Shown here piece by piece: positions 48,601 to 62,254 of a stretch of 64,000 nt of DNA. The translations under genes were made by a program, and so were the position numbers. Every line of letters begins with the position of its first letter. Within the stretch, counting starts at the first letter, position 1. The notes under the pieces are model-generated. The model was not told where the DNA came from and made no database searches. It saw only the letters and a list, made by a program, of their open reading frames with translations. The stretch covers positions 7,502,001-7,566,000 of the forward strand of contig NW_025963957.1 of NCBI RefSeq assembly GCF_023055435.1, read 5' to 3'. Source of the DNA: Haliotis rufescens (lineage: Eukaryota).

Positions 48601-51600
48601 AATGAATGTAATTTAATAGCCAACTGGATACTTTTTACATTATTATTTTAATTGCCCATTCAAGCAAAAAAACAAACCCACCCACTTGCGATTTTTATGT
48701 CAATTGTTTCATCTTCAATATCAATTAAAAATATACACTTGGAAATAAAAAAGATGGTATAATTACATCAGCTTGGAATAATTACGTGAGATAATACTGT
48801 TTTAATATCTCTAAGGTTTAATTTTTTTATATACAGCAACATGCGAGCGTGACTGTAACATTGATGCAATTATAGGATCTATAGGATCTATAGGCTACAT
48901 GTATCTGAGAGAACTTGATTAATCTTGACAAATGTTGTATGATTTATTCATCATTCTTGTTGTGAATTTCAACCAGTTCCGAACACTACATCTGTGGCAC
49001 TGACAATATGGCCCAAAACCATACAGTTTATGTTAAGTGCGCAAGACATTGTCACAATACTTAATGATAGATTGTCATTTTGAAAAAAACATGACACTGA
49101 TCTTATTGCATCACAGTTTTGTGAAATGTTTGTTTATGAATGTTTTTTGTATTGCATTATCAAAATGTTTAAAAATCAAGTTTTCATTAAAACATGACAT
49201 TTTCAGTATTACATGACATTTTCAGACTAACTAGTGTCTATAGACTTGTAATTTATATCATTCTCATGTTACTGTCACTCTATCTAACTATAACTAGTGT
49301 CTGTAGACTTGTAATTCATATCATTCTCATGTTACTGTCTCTCTATCTAACTCTATTAATACCTATATATATGCTACCAATTTTATTCAGTATTTAATCA
49401 GGAGATAAAAATACTGTGTTTTCAATGTTTCACTTGGTAACCTGTAAACTGCACTGAATTGAATTTGGAAACGAAAACAGAGAATGAGGTTTCAAATCTT
49501 AAATTAAGCTTGGATAAATCTACAGGTAACCATGCTCCACGTTAAAAACATGTTGTGTTTATGCTTGTTGTAAGAGGCGACTGACAGGATTGGGTGGTCA
49601 GGCTTATTGACATGGTTGACACTTGTCACCATATCCCAAATCATAGATTGATGTTCATGATGTCAATCACTTTATTGTCTGGTCCAGACTTCTGTACAGA
49701 CCACCGTCATATAGCTGAAATATTGTTGGAGTGCGGTGTTAAACAAAAAAGTGAACAAACAAACAAAATCACCGACAGTGGTGCTGTATATGCTTAAACA
49801 GTTTGTTTACACATAGGTCAGGCATTGAAAGCATGTAGCACAAAAACCACCATGAAGTGGGCACCCCAAAAGAAAACTAAGCTAGCCACTAGGATGACAT
49901 ATCACTCACTGTGACACAAAAGATATGACGTAACAGTCCTAAAATGAAAAGTGCCAATGTCAAGCTCTCTGTTGTCCTCAAAACTTGAAAATCATTCTCT
50001 CTGTAGATTTTTTATGGTTTTCTGCACAAAATGTATTGCCACACATCCTTTCAATATTGTAGTGAAACTTTGCATGTTGTATCCTATAAATGTAAATATT
50101 TTAAAATGCTTATTGACAATGACTGTAAAAAAGTACTACTTTATAAAATATTAGTTTCCAAATCAGCCTTTTTAATAAGAGGGGGATTATTGTGATTTCA
50201 TAACCTGATTGTCCAATCAGAATCAAGTTATTTCCATCAAGTATTTGTGGGAAATCAACTCATCAAAAATGGAATTGGAATTGACTGCCACTTAGCCGTC
50301 TTAGATTTAGAACAAATCTACTCCAAAACTTCAAGAGTGTTGATGCCATAACAACAATATTGATAATGCTATTTATGGCCATTACTTCTGAAGTCATTTT
50401 TGTTTGAAAGGTGATACATGTGCAGTAATTTTAGTGCTCTTGTTAAATTACACATTTTAACTTGACCTCATCACATCCAGCTTTCGAAAAGATGAAACTT
50501 CTTTTGGACATTACTGAGCCATGTTTGTACAATATGTAATGAAATCCAGTAGAGATTGTAATGGGGATCATCACAGATTCTGTTTTCGTAATGTTTTATA
50601 TTTTGACCATTACATGCCCTTAATTTGCACTCTCTCAAAATGCAATTCTTTGCACAATACAAGCAATCTTCTCAAGATACCACTGGACAATGAAACTTTA
50701 CCTGATTGACAACCCCAATTTCTTGAATTGGATATTTGCCACCCATAACTCGGTTATTGCTCAAAATAATGAAATTTGGTTAGTTGGTAGTGGGACTCAA
50801 CACTTGTTCCTTTTCGCATTATAATGACATAATAATTCTTCCAATATTAAGGGTGTTTTTCACTTCTTACTCCCGCGGTTTATATTCTTTAGTGCAGAGT
50901 TTTGTCCCTGGATGTGTTCGGTTCATGGTTCAGCAACATACACATGCTCATGGGTTTGACCAGTGGTAAATGTCTAAGACCTACATAACTCTGGGCTTTC
51001 CTCCCACATCAAGTTGACACGCCGTGATATACCTGAAATACTGTTCAAAGCAGCGTCTAACCTAACTCACTCACTCATTCCAGGTGAGCGGGTGTTCATG
51101 TGCCACAGTGAATAAAAGAAACCATAATTATTATAAGGAAGTATGTTGCACAAAGTTATTTAATTAAATGTTACATCCAGTTTCATAGTAAGTCAATTTG
51201 TCCATATGTCTCAGTAACTGATGGCAACCAATGAAACAACACTTTCAGTACAAAAGTTCCCCCAAAGTACTAGTTACATGTGCCATAAGCCAAAATTAGC
51301 TGCCCGCTGTGGCTCAGTGTATACTCCTGAATGGAATTTGCTAATATTAGCCATATATATGACATGCATAGTTCTCACAATAGGTCTCCAGCAATCCATG
51401 CTTGCCATAAGAGGCGACCATGCTTGTTGTAAGAGGCGACTAACGAGATCAGATGGTCAGACTTGCTGACTTGCTTGATGTGTGTCATCGTATCCCAATT
51501 GCGTAACCTGATGCTCATGATATCAGTCACTGGATGGACTGGTCCAAACTCAAATATTTACAGAATGCTGTCATATAGCTGGAATATAGTTATAGAAACA

Positions 51601-53480
51601 AGCAAATAAACACAACAATGAGTTCACTGCTGCGTCCTAGCAACAGTATTTTTAGAAACTGCTCATTTGTAAGCCTGTTCTGATTGAATAGATGAATTTT
51701 GGCAAAACACACAGCCATTTCTGTCCGTATAATTGTTTTTTTTTATGTGCATGCATGTTCAGTTTGTCCATGTATTACTGCATTATGGATGTTGTGTCGA
51801 AACCTTCAGTGCTTTCTTCTTTACCCTCGAGTGGTTGTGTAGCCCAGTGGTGAAAGTGTTCGCTCATCACGCCAAAGACCTGGTTTTGATTCTCCACATG
51901 GGCACAGTGTGTGAAGCCCTTTTTATTTGTTGCATTTCATGTCAAAACAGAAAACGACTTCCATGTTACGAAAAAAATGTATGCCATGAAGACCAAAATT
52001 TTTAGAATCTGTCTTATACCCACTCATAAATGCTGTTCATTTAATAACTGCTTTAATAAAACTACTTAAGTTCATTCTGGAAGATCTAGAACGATGGAAT
52101 ATGCCTTGTATCTTTACATGAAAAAAAAAGTTTCTGCAAAGAATAATTATAAGATTTAATGGGTCATTATTGTGTAATTGGTATCCAAGCACAACATGTC
52201 TTTTTGTGATATTTCCTTTCCAGTTTCCAGTGAATTCTATGCTTGTCTTAAGAGGCGACTAACAGTATCGCGTGGTCACTTGCATTGATGCTCATGATAT
52301 GAATCTCTGAAATGTCTGGTCCAGATTCGATTAATTACAGACCGCTGTCATATAGGTGGAATATTGCTGAATGCGGCAGTAAACAACAAACCAAACCAAA
52401 ACATATATTACTGTCTACATATCCTCTTGGTAGGGAGTTATGTAGATTCTTATTTAGAAACCAGTGGAGCTTAGTATCCACAGTGCACATATATGGGTTA
52501 CGTTATTGTAGTTAGTCCAGTATTATTAGTAAAGGATGTAATGGGATTTGTTTTGTAATAGGATCGTGCCATGTATGTCAAGACATTTGTTTGTACATTA
52601 TATTTGTAACACACGTTTAGAAGGATAGAAATTTATCTTTGTCTTAGCTAAATGCTTGGTACGGGCCTGTTGAATAAATTCAATGTTTGTCTGGTAGGCT
52701 TGTCTAATTTTGGAGGAATTGTGGATATCTGAGAATGGAAATTGGCAATTGTTATATTTGTATGACTATCCAATTACATTAAAGTTGCAATTTATGTATT
52801 GTTCAAATATTTATTTGACATTTCCAGGACCAGTAAAGCTGCAAGATTTTGTCGGCCAGTCAAAAGTGGACGCTGCAATCCAAGGTATCACTTTTAGTGC
52901 TATCATGAAGATAGTTATCAATGAAATTATTGGTATATGATTCCACATACAATATCATGTATAGCGTATTTATTCCTTGAGGCTATACTATACAATTCAA
53001 AGTAAATGCTGAAGTCACATGTGGTTAATATTTTTATAATTTATGTAAATTGTTTTAAACCACATTAGAATTGTTTTGAAGCAAGTATTTTATGTCCAGT
53101 TGCTCATCCTAAGTATAAAAGAATCTGCACACTATGTTGAAACTTTTTAAATGCACAAGATTGATTTTTCTCTCAATATTCTCAATACTCAAATCAGTAT
53201 TCTGTAAATAAACAAGTTTTGTACAATTTGATTTGTTTTCATAGTGATAATACTGATGTAAATACTATTTTCAGGTGAAACTTTCTTTCTCATGGTGGGG
53301 CACACGCATGAAGATGTGGATCAACCGTTTAGTGTATTTGCAAGGGAACTTAGACAGAAGCCTGCAACAACCCGCGATGCCCTCCTTCAAGATTGGGGAC
53401 ATCCGGACACCCACCACCAAGCTATCAGACTTAAAGCCCTTCATGCCTGCCCCAAGGGAAGCGACAACCCTCCCAACTAA
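45688..53480 (+). pseudogene. Spliced remnant of the element's transposase (candidate exons 45688-45691, 45819-45896, 52828-52884, 53275-53480/53532, 53739-)
   Basis: Canonical GT-AG boundaries. The first four exons join in phase 1 to a 114-aa ORF containing FLMVGHTHEDVDQPFS; most of a DDD domain is missing. Confidence 0.55.
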
Positions 53481-55317
53481 AGTTCAAGAGGCAATAGAGA
53501 AGAACAATGAAAAACTGCAAAAACAATCAAAGGTAATTTCAATAAATATTGCATTTCTTTTGAAATATGTATTGTGATGTGTAATATTAGGGTTAGTCAG
53601 CGTTACTTAGGATATGTGTAATGTGGGCAGAGAAACAACCCAACTTCATGAGGTTACTATTTTTGCTTTTATTGTATAGATGCACTGTGATTTTAATTAT
53701 GTTCTCATATTCTTTACATTTTCTTTCTTTACTTTCAGATCACTCTGACAAAGCACCGAAGACAAGCGTTAGTATCAGAACAATAAAGAAGGAGCAGCAA
53801 GTTTTGCTGAAATGAACATATTTTTTGTCTAAGCTATGTGGCTGAGATATTGCCGAGGATTGCATTGCAGGAGTTTTGTAATGTGTATGTTTTTGTTTCT
53901 TAGTAAAGCTGTGTATTTAGAATTATATATATATATATACATATAAAAGATGAGATGAGATGTGCACAATGAAATTTATGAAACAATATATGCAGTTATA
54001 TTGTAAAATCTTGGTTGTGTTCTATTTTTTTCCATGTCTGAAGTTAACCTACTTTCAGAGTACCGTATATCACATGTAGGTTGTTTCTTTGAATTCCAAC
54101 TGGGGATTATATATTTGGTTGGCCCCATGGAATAATTATGAAATTTATTTTTTGAGAATCACATTCACCTTTACTGTTGTACACTTCAAAGTCGTAAAAA
54201 GGCCATTGAAAAATGGTCACTGAAATTCTCATAATAATTTAGATTAAATATAGGGTAAGCTCAAGGTTCAATGATTTGCATCTGTCTAGTATACAAAGGT
54301 ATGAGGCCAACATGTTGTTCCATTGTTTAATTCGAGTGACGTCAACTTTTCTTGATAAATTTGGTAAATATAATACCAAGATAAATATCTTCAATTGCTG
54401 AAATCAATTTAAACTCTCCAAAGATTGATGGTTGATATTACTGCAGAAAAAAATTCTGCCAGAAATTTCTGTAGAAAAAAAAAATTCTGCCAGAAATTTC
54501 TGTAAAAAAAAAAAATACTGCCAGAAATTTCTGCAGAAAAAAAAAATTCTGCCAGAAATTTCTGCAGTAATGCATTTTCTCAGCCAATTTTTGAGCTTGT
54601 GAACATGTGAACACACTGGGACACACATTATTTGGATTCGACTCCTCGAGAGCTTTCCAATGATATAAAACATGTTTTTGTAGCTCGCTTCCTTCTGTGT
54701 GGTCAAGTTCGGACTCCTGGCCATTCCTAAGTTGTCCCGCCCTGCCTTAGCGTAAAGAACACATTTTGCACGAGGTCCGAGTCTATATAGTCAGTGTAGT
54801 ATGGGGCTGCTCAATCGTCAAGGCAACACCCTTTGCTGTGCGTCCCTTTCGCATAACAGAAACCCACCACCATGGGCTCATCGCCACGACATCTGCAACT
54901 TTAATAACCGATCTACTGATGAAGATATCCATTTGTGTTCTCATGATGGTCACAAGCAAGAGCATTTGTAACCAGAACAAGTGTTTTGTTTAGACATTTG
55001 CTAAACAGTTGTTGCCACACAACATCAAATCAGAGGATATTCTAATTACGATTGATTGACGTTTATTCTGAATCGGGGACGCTAAGACACGGGTACACAA
55101 CGTGAGACTTCCCTTCTGTTTCCGGAACAGCAAAATGTTTTAATCGGAACTCGGTCAGTCAGGATGAATTTGCATCGTAACTTTCCTGTTAGGCCAGATT
55201 TAGTTGAATTCCCACAGAACAATTCCAATTTTGCGTGCTTTCGGCTTACTCAAAATATCGCTTTCTGTCTAAATCGTCATGATTAGTCCAGAAAAGGAGT
55301 GTCGTCTATTCGTGTTA

Positions 55318-57195
55318 CATGGCCAAACAGAGGATACATCACATCGTATACTCGTGATACACGGACACACAGAGGATACATCACATCGTATACTCGTGAT
55401 ACACGGACACACAGAGGGTACATCACATCATATTCTCGTGATACACGGACATACAGAGGATACATCACATCGTATACTCGTGATACCCGGACACACATAG
55501 GATACATCACATCGTATACTCGTGATACACGGACACACAGAGGATACATCACATCGTATACTCGGGGTACATGGCCACACAGAGGATACATCACTGTGTA
55601 TACTCGTGATACACGGACACACAGAGGATACATCACATCGAATACTCGTGATACACGGACACACAGAGGATACATCACATCGTATACTCGTGATACACGG
55701 ACACACAGAGGATACATCACATCGTATACTCGTGATACACGGACACACAGAGGATACATCACATCGTATACTCGTGGTACATGGCCACACAGAGGATACA
55801 TCACTCTGTATACTCGTGATACACGGACACACAGAGGATACATCACATCGTATACTCGGGGTACATGGCCACACAGAAGATACATCACATCGTATACTCG
55901 TGATACACGGACACACAGAGGATACATCACATCGTATACTCGTGGTACATGGCCACACAGAGGATATATCACATCGTATACTCGTGGTACATGGCCACAC
56001 AGAGGATACATCACTCTGTATACTCGTGATACACGGACATACAGAAGGTACGTCACATCGTATACTCGTGATACACGGACATACCGAAGGTACGTCACAT
56101 CGTATACTCGTGATACACGGACACACAGAGGATACATCACATCGTATACTCGTGATACACGGACACACAGAGGATACATCACATCGTATACTCGGGGTAC
56201 ATGGCCACACAGAGGATACATCACATCGTATACTCGTGATACACGGACATACAGAAGGTACGTCACATCGTATACTCGTGATACACGGACATACAGAAGG
56301 TACGTCACATCGTATACTCGTGATACACGGACACACAGAAGATACATCACATCGTATACTCGTGATACACGGCCACACAGAGGATACATCACATCGTATA
56401 CTCGTGGTACATGGCCACACAGAGGATACATCACATCGTATACTCGTGATACACGGACATACAGAAGGTACGTCACATCGTATACTCGTGATACACGGAC
56501 ACACAGAAGATACATCACATCGTATACTCGTGATACACGGACACACAGAGGATATATCACATCGTATACTCGTGGTACATGGCCACACAGAGGATACATC
56601 ACATCGTATACTCGTGATACACGGACATACAGAAGGTACGTCACATCGTATACTCGGATTACATGGCCACACGAAGGGTACATCATATTCTATCCTCGGG
56701 GTACACAAACACACAGAGGGTACACCACCTCGTATACTCGGGGTACACGGACACACGAAGGGCACATCACATCGTATACTCGGATTACATGGCCACACGA
56801 AGGGTACATCACATCGTATACTCGGGGTACACGGCCACACGGAGGGTACATCACATCGTATACTCAGGATACATGGCCACACAGAGGATATACTACATCG
56901 GATACTCGGGGTACACGAACACACATAAGGTAGGTACATCACATCGTATACTCGGGGTACACAAACACACAGAGGGTACATCACATCGTACAGTCGGGAC
57001 ACGAAGACACACAGAGGGTACATCACATCGTTTACTCGGATTACATGACACCAGGAAGGGTACATCACATCGTATATATGGGGTACACGGCCCCACGGAG
57101 GGTACATCACATCTCATACTCGGATTACATGGCCACAAGAAGGGTACATCACATCGTATACTCGGGGTACACGGTCACACCGACGGTACATCACG
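55318..57195. repeat. 42-bp minisatellite (acacacagaggatacatcacatcgtatactcgtgatacacgg)n
   Basis: About 44 copies, diverging at the right end. Open in several frames on both strands. Confidence 0.96.
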
Positions 57196-57509
57196 TTGTG
57201 TAGTCAAACCAGTTCTTTGACAAGAACCCATCCTCGACAGCGTCGGACAGATCCTGAAGCCGGGACGGAGCTGTCCTTCTATGATGTCAGCGCTGGGGAA
57301 CCTCCAACCTGTTTTGATCGGACTCATTCCTTAAAATATCCTGGCCAAAGTACTAATATCGAGGTAGGATACTCTTTCCCGCCTCAGCTTTCACAAATAT
57401 GTATTTAATGATTCAACAAGTGCACAAGATGTGTAAATGTTCATCTTAGGCCTCCACTGTTACACCAAAACTGTACTCAAGGTAGATTTGGTAAATGATA
57501 TGAGTGCAG

Positions 57510-57930
57510 GGAGAACACCAGTGTGAGTGCATGAAGAACACCAGTGTGAGAGTACGAAGAACACCAGTGTGAGAGTATGAAGAACACCATTGTGAGAGTA
57601 TGGAGAACACCAGTGTGAGAGTATGGAGAACACCAGTGTGAGAGTATGAAGAACACCAGTGTGAGAGTATGGAGAACACCAGTGTGAGAGTATGAAGAAC
57701 ACCAGTGTGAGAGTATGGAGAACACCAGTTTGAGAGTATGAAAAACACCAGTGTGAGAGTATGGAGAACACCAGTGTGAGAGTATGAAGAACACCAGTGT
57801 GAGAGTATGAAGAACACCAGTGTGAGAGTATGAAGAACACCAGTGTGAGAGTATGAAGAACACCAGTGTGAGAGTATGAAGAACACCAGTGTGAGAGTAT
57901 GAAGAACACCAGTGTGAGAGTATGAAGAAC
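57510..57930. repeat. 23-bp minisatellite (gaagaacaccagtgtgagagtat)n
   Basis: About 18 copies. Confidence 0.96.
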
Positions 57931-59369
57931 CTAAGTGGTCCTTCTTTGTTTGGCCGCTATTGTTTTGGTAGCCTGCTTGATGTATGTTCTGAGGGGATAA
58001 AGCTGAACTCAAACCTTGAGTATTTTGAGGTGTTGGGCTGAATTTCCCTGTTTCAGAAATGATCGACTTATGAGATGAACGTAGGCATCCTCAGTGTCTA
58101 ACCAAAAGATTTTCAAATCCTGGGCCCAAACCAACCGCAGAGAGGTGATGTGTATATATGACATAGGAACTTCTGCTCACACACTTGGATGTGAACACAA
58201 TGTGAGCCCATGTATTTTCTCATACCGTTTAACTGTTACCTGCTATATGAACTAGCAAACTACTCTTGTTATCTTACACGTGGGTTGTTGGAATATGACC
58301 TAATGTCAGGTTGCACATCTGTGTTGCAGGACAGAACAATGTGACCATTTCGTTGAAGCTCCATAAAATATTCCATCTATCACTAACAAGAAGAGTATCA
58401 AATCAAAGGATTGTTTTACAATCTCAGAATAGAACCAACCGCAATTCTGACACCGGTTGTGGAGGATAGTTACGCTCACCCTTCGCGAACACCGGGTGTC
58501 ATCACTATTTCATAGTGATTAATGGACACACGGCTGTTTCAAATGACATGGTCAGTTACCGCCATATTCAAACATTTGGTCCCTGAGAACGGGAAGACAC
58601 AGTTGGAAAAATGCTAGTTTAAAATGAAACCCGAAGACCCGAAAGTTGTTGAACCGTGGCGAGCGGGAAAACAAACAGGCGAGCGAGCCTGCACGTTTGA
58701 TCTTTCATTCCTTCTCCGTCTTCGGTCTCAAAAGGTTGTTTGGACAACGACATATACATATATTTCGCTAAATGTCCTGTGCATGACGATGTACGTGAGC
58801 AGAATGGGAATTCCCTCGACTGTAATATTTGGATTCCACGACATTTCTTAGGGATAAAAGTAGTTCGCTTCAGGGGGCGTGGCCTAACCTTTCACATTCA
58901 TTGGGAAATGAAAGCAATAACGCTTGACCAATTCCGGTAATCAGAATGCAGGAATTTCAATGAACACAACGAAAATCTATTTGTAAACATTTAACAATAA
59001 ACTATCCTTTTGACAAAACGGCTTACTTGCTTACCCTTTTTGCTAACACCTGGTGTCGTCAGTCATGTTCAGCGATCCAGTCATATAATGTACACCGCTG
59101 TTTTGGCTTTTGCGCCAAAAGATTTCGGATGATAATCGAGACTGATTATTCTCTGACGTTATCTGTTATACATGTATTCCATTTCCAATAGTTAACTTTC
59201 CCTTCATGTCGAGCAATATTCCAGCAGCTCCTGTCGGTTGATGAACAGTCGAGCATGTTCTTTCAAAAAGCGTCATAGGACTCTTACAAAAAAATACTTG
59301 ATCAAAGTTACAACTATTGAGGCCACACAGAGGCTATCAAAAAGCTTCATAGTAAACATGAGAGAGAGC

Positions 59370-59697
59370 ACCCCCCTGAATCGCCCTGCATCCCCCTGGA
59401 TCCCCTTGCATCCCCCCTACACCCCCTGCGCCCCCCTTGATCCCCCTGCATCGCCTGCGTCCCCTGCCCCCCCCCCCCTGCATCCCCTGGATCCCCCTGC
59501 ACCCCCCTGTATCCCCCTGCATCCCCCCTACACCCCCTGCGCCCCCCTTGAATCCCCTGCGTCCCCTACATCCCCCTGCACCCTCCTGGATCCCCCTGCA
59601 TTCCCATACACCCCCTGCACCCCCCTGGACCCCCCTGCATCCCCCTACACCCCCCTGGATCCCCCTGGATCCCCCTGCATTCCCCCTGCATCCCCCG
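59370..59697. repeat. C-rich low-complexity repeat (ccccctg[c/g]at)n
   Basis: Dense C4-C6 runs at ~10-bp spacing, with an internal ~110-bp periodicity. Confidence 0.9.
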
Positions 59698-60045
59698 TGA
59701 GTAAATCGTGCTGCGCAATTCATTCATCCATGGATCCATTCACTTATGATGCTTGTAACTCGACTCGTAGAAATATCCTCCTATTTCAGTTACTCCAAAC
59801 GTGTATAACTGAGCAGGAATAGAATGTCACCGAAATTATTGTTTCGTTATGCATGTTAAATGAATTGAGAATTAAATATTGATAAAACAAAGTATTTTCC
59901 AAGAGTTACAACATTCAAGGCCTCAGTGAAGCTGTCAAAAGGTTTCATGGCAGACATATGGAGGTAATTTCCAAATCTAGCGCATCAGTGGCAAACATGA
60001 CGTCTGTTGCGATTTCCTATTTAACGATATGTTCCCATGTACCCC

Positions 60046-60916
60046 TACTGGGATGTTGTCTGTGGTGTGACCTGGCTCTTGTACTGGGATGTTGTCTGTA
60101 GTGTGACCTGGCTCTTGTACTGGGATGTTGTCTGTAGTGTGACCTGGCTCTTGTACTGGGATGTTGTCTGTAGTGTGACCTGGCTCTTGTACTGGGATGT
60201 TGTCTGTAGTGTGACCTGGCTCTTGTACTGGGATGTTGTCTGTAGTGTGACCTGGCTCTTGTACTGGGATGTTGTCTGTAGTGTGACCTGGCTCTTGTAC
60301 TGGGATGTTGTCTGTAGTGTGACCTGGCTCTTGTACTGGGATGTTGTCTGTACTGTGACCTGGCTCTTGTACTGGGATGTTGTCTGTAGTGTGACCTGGC
60401 TCTTGTACTGGGATGTTGTCTGTAGTGTGACCTGGCTCTTGTACTGGGATGTTGTCTGTAGTGTGACCTGGCTCTTGTACTGGGATGTTGTCTGTAGTGT
60501 GACCTGGCTCTTGTACTGGGATGTTGTCTGTAGTGTGACCTGGCTCTTGTACTGGGATGTTGTCTGTAGTGTGACCTGGCTCTTGTACTGGGATGTTGTC
60601 TGTAGTGTGACCTGGCTCTTGTACTGGGATGTTGTCTGTAGTGTGACCTGGCTCTTGTACTGGGATGTTGTCTGTAGTGTGACCTGGCTCTTGTACTGGG
60701 ATGTTGTCTGTAGTGTGACCTGGCTCTTGTACTGGGATGTTGTCTGTGGTGTGACCTGGCTCTTGTACTGGGATGTTGTCTGTAGTGTGACCTGGCTCTT
60801 GTACTGGGATGTTGTCTGTAGTGTGACCTGGCTCTTGTACTGGGATGTTGTCTGTAGTGTGACCTGGCTCTTGTACTGGGATGTTGTCTGTAGTGTGACC
60901 TGGCTCTTGTACTGGG
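60046..60916. repeat. 36-bp minisatellite (tactgggatgttgtctgtagtgtgacctggctcttg) x24
   Basis: Near-perfect tandem copies. Confidence 0.97.
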
Positions 60917-61520
60917 CTGAAGGGAAACAAACTCCCTAGAGGCTGTAGCTCGACATTGACAGATGATGACAGTTTGGTTGATTTCTTCTAAAGAAATATT
61001 AATATGATTTATTTCCGTCCCTGGCAGAGTACGAATGGTCGTCACTTTTGATAGTTTTTAATGTGCTGTGGAATGATTGACATCAGATTGAATTAACTGA
61101 GAATGAATAGTGGACTCGACTGTGTGAATGTATAGGGATGCATCAGTGGAGATTATCAACGTCCAATTGATGGCTGGACAAATAATTGTCTACATATGTA
61201 ATATGTAAGTGGCTAGACGTATTACAACGTGTTCTGATTGGTCGGTATGACGTTGAATGTGGAAATGCTGCCTGTTATGATTCTACACCTACAAAGAGGT
61301 GTGGCAGATGTTGTAGACTTCAGATCAGACGCGGCATGTTAGTGGTATTCGTGAGTGTACGTTGCTATGAATGTGTCCATGGCTCGTGTAGGTATTGTGT
61401 ATCAATAGCCCTGGCTCCTTTACGTGTTATGTTCAGCGTCATTTCTCAACGGGTGCCACCAGTAAGAAGGATACGCTCACCGCCTAGACTTCCAGTTGTC
61501 GGGCTTTCGTTTTTTGTGGA

Positions 61521-61610
61521 AGCCTCGGTGGCTGAGTGGGTTAGATCGCTGGCTTTGTGTGCTGGCGATTAGGTGCCTCACTCTGGCAATGTGGGTCCGA
61601 ATCCCGGACA
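61521..61610 (+). mobile_element. tRNA-like SINE head
   Basis: gcctcggtggctgagtgggttagatcgctgg..gtgggtccgaatcccgg has A/B-box-like motifs but no valid cloverleaf. Confidence 0.5.
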
Positions 61611-62254
61611 AAAAACACGTACGGGAATCTGTACTTTATAGTGAATGTTTGACACAGTGTCATCACCAAAAATACTCTTGAGGCTCACGTGGATTTACAT
61701 CTGTATTTCCACTACCAAGACATTGTCATGCAAGTCCTTAAATCTATCAAAATTTGGCATGACACACTGGTGTCAAACCTAACAGTACTTGTTACCGACC
61801 ATCCAGCAAATATCTGGTTGTAGACAAATACATGGTTCGAACCTCGTCCAGCCGATGAAATGGTGCAGAGCTCTAAAATTTACAAACTTCGACGACAAAT
61901 TCTTTTAAATCTGAAACTAAAGGAACTATATTGACTATGAAATGTACCTTTTGATATTTTTAAGAGAACTAATTGTGTTGCATGTCTTAGAATGACAATC
62001 GATTAATTAGCATCCATTTATCCGACTTGTATTGGATTATTTGCCATTTACACATTTGTCTATTCTTACTTTCACGAGGTTATTTTTAATATTTCTGTGG
62101 TTTACACATACAACCTAATACTATATTAATATCTTACACATCACATTCAATCTTATCAAGTGCTTGAAACCCGTAATCAACCTAATAACAAAATAGAGAC
62201 AATAGAAAATGGATTTGTAAAAGGGGACTAAAACTTAATTGTTACCACAGCAGC

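Larger units (their letters stand above)
40497..54748 (+). mobile_element. 14.25-kb Sola-like DNA transposon (non-autonomous, with nested insertions)
   Basis: ~314-bp near-identical TIRs (40497-40811 and 54435-54748), 4-bp TSD AGCG (40493-40496 and 54749-54752), internal FLMVGHTHEDVDQxFS transposase motif. Confidence 0.88.

Noticed and set aside
40455-54724. Two near-identical ORFs MARSPNLTTQKEASYK.. on opposite strands
   Set aside because: These are the transposon TIRs, not genes.
55283-57220. Several 460-560-aa ORFs (His-rich, Cys-rich, Arg/Thr-rich)
   Set aside because: A 42-bp minisatellite open in four or more frames on both strands, with no unique coding flanks or supported splice sites.
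59977-61045. 300-342-aa repeat ORFs, including mucin-like PVQEPGHTTDNI
   Set aside because: Near-identical 36-bp units with no synonymous variation, open in three frames and flanked by Penelope relics. A weak acceptor near 60917 exists but no partner exon was found.
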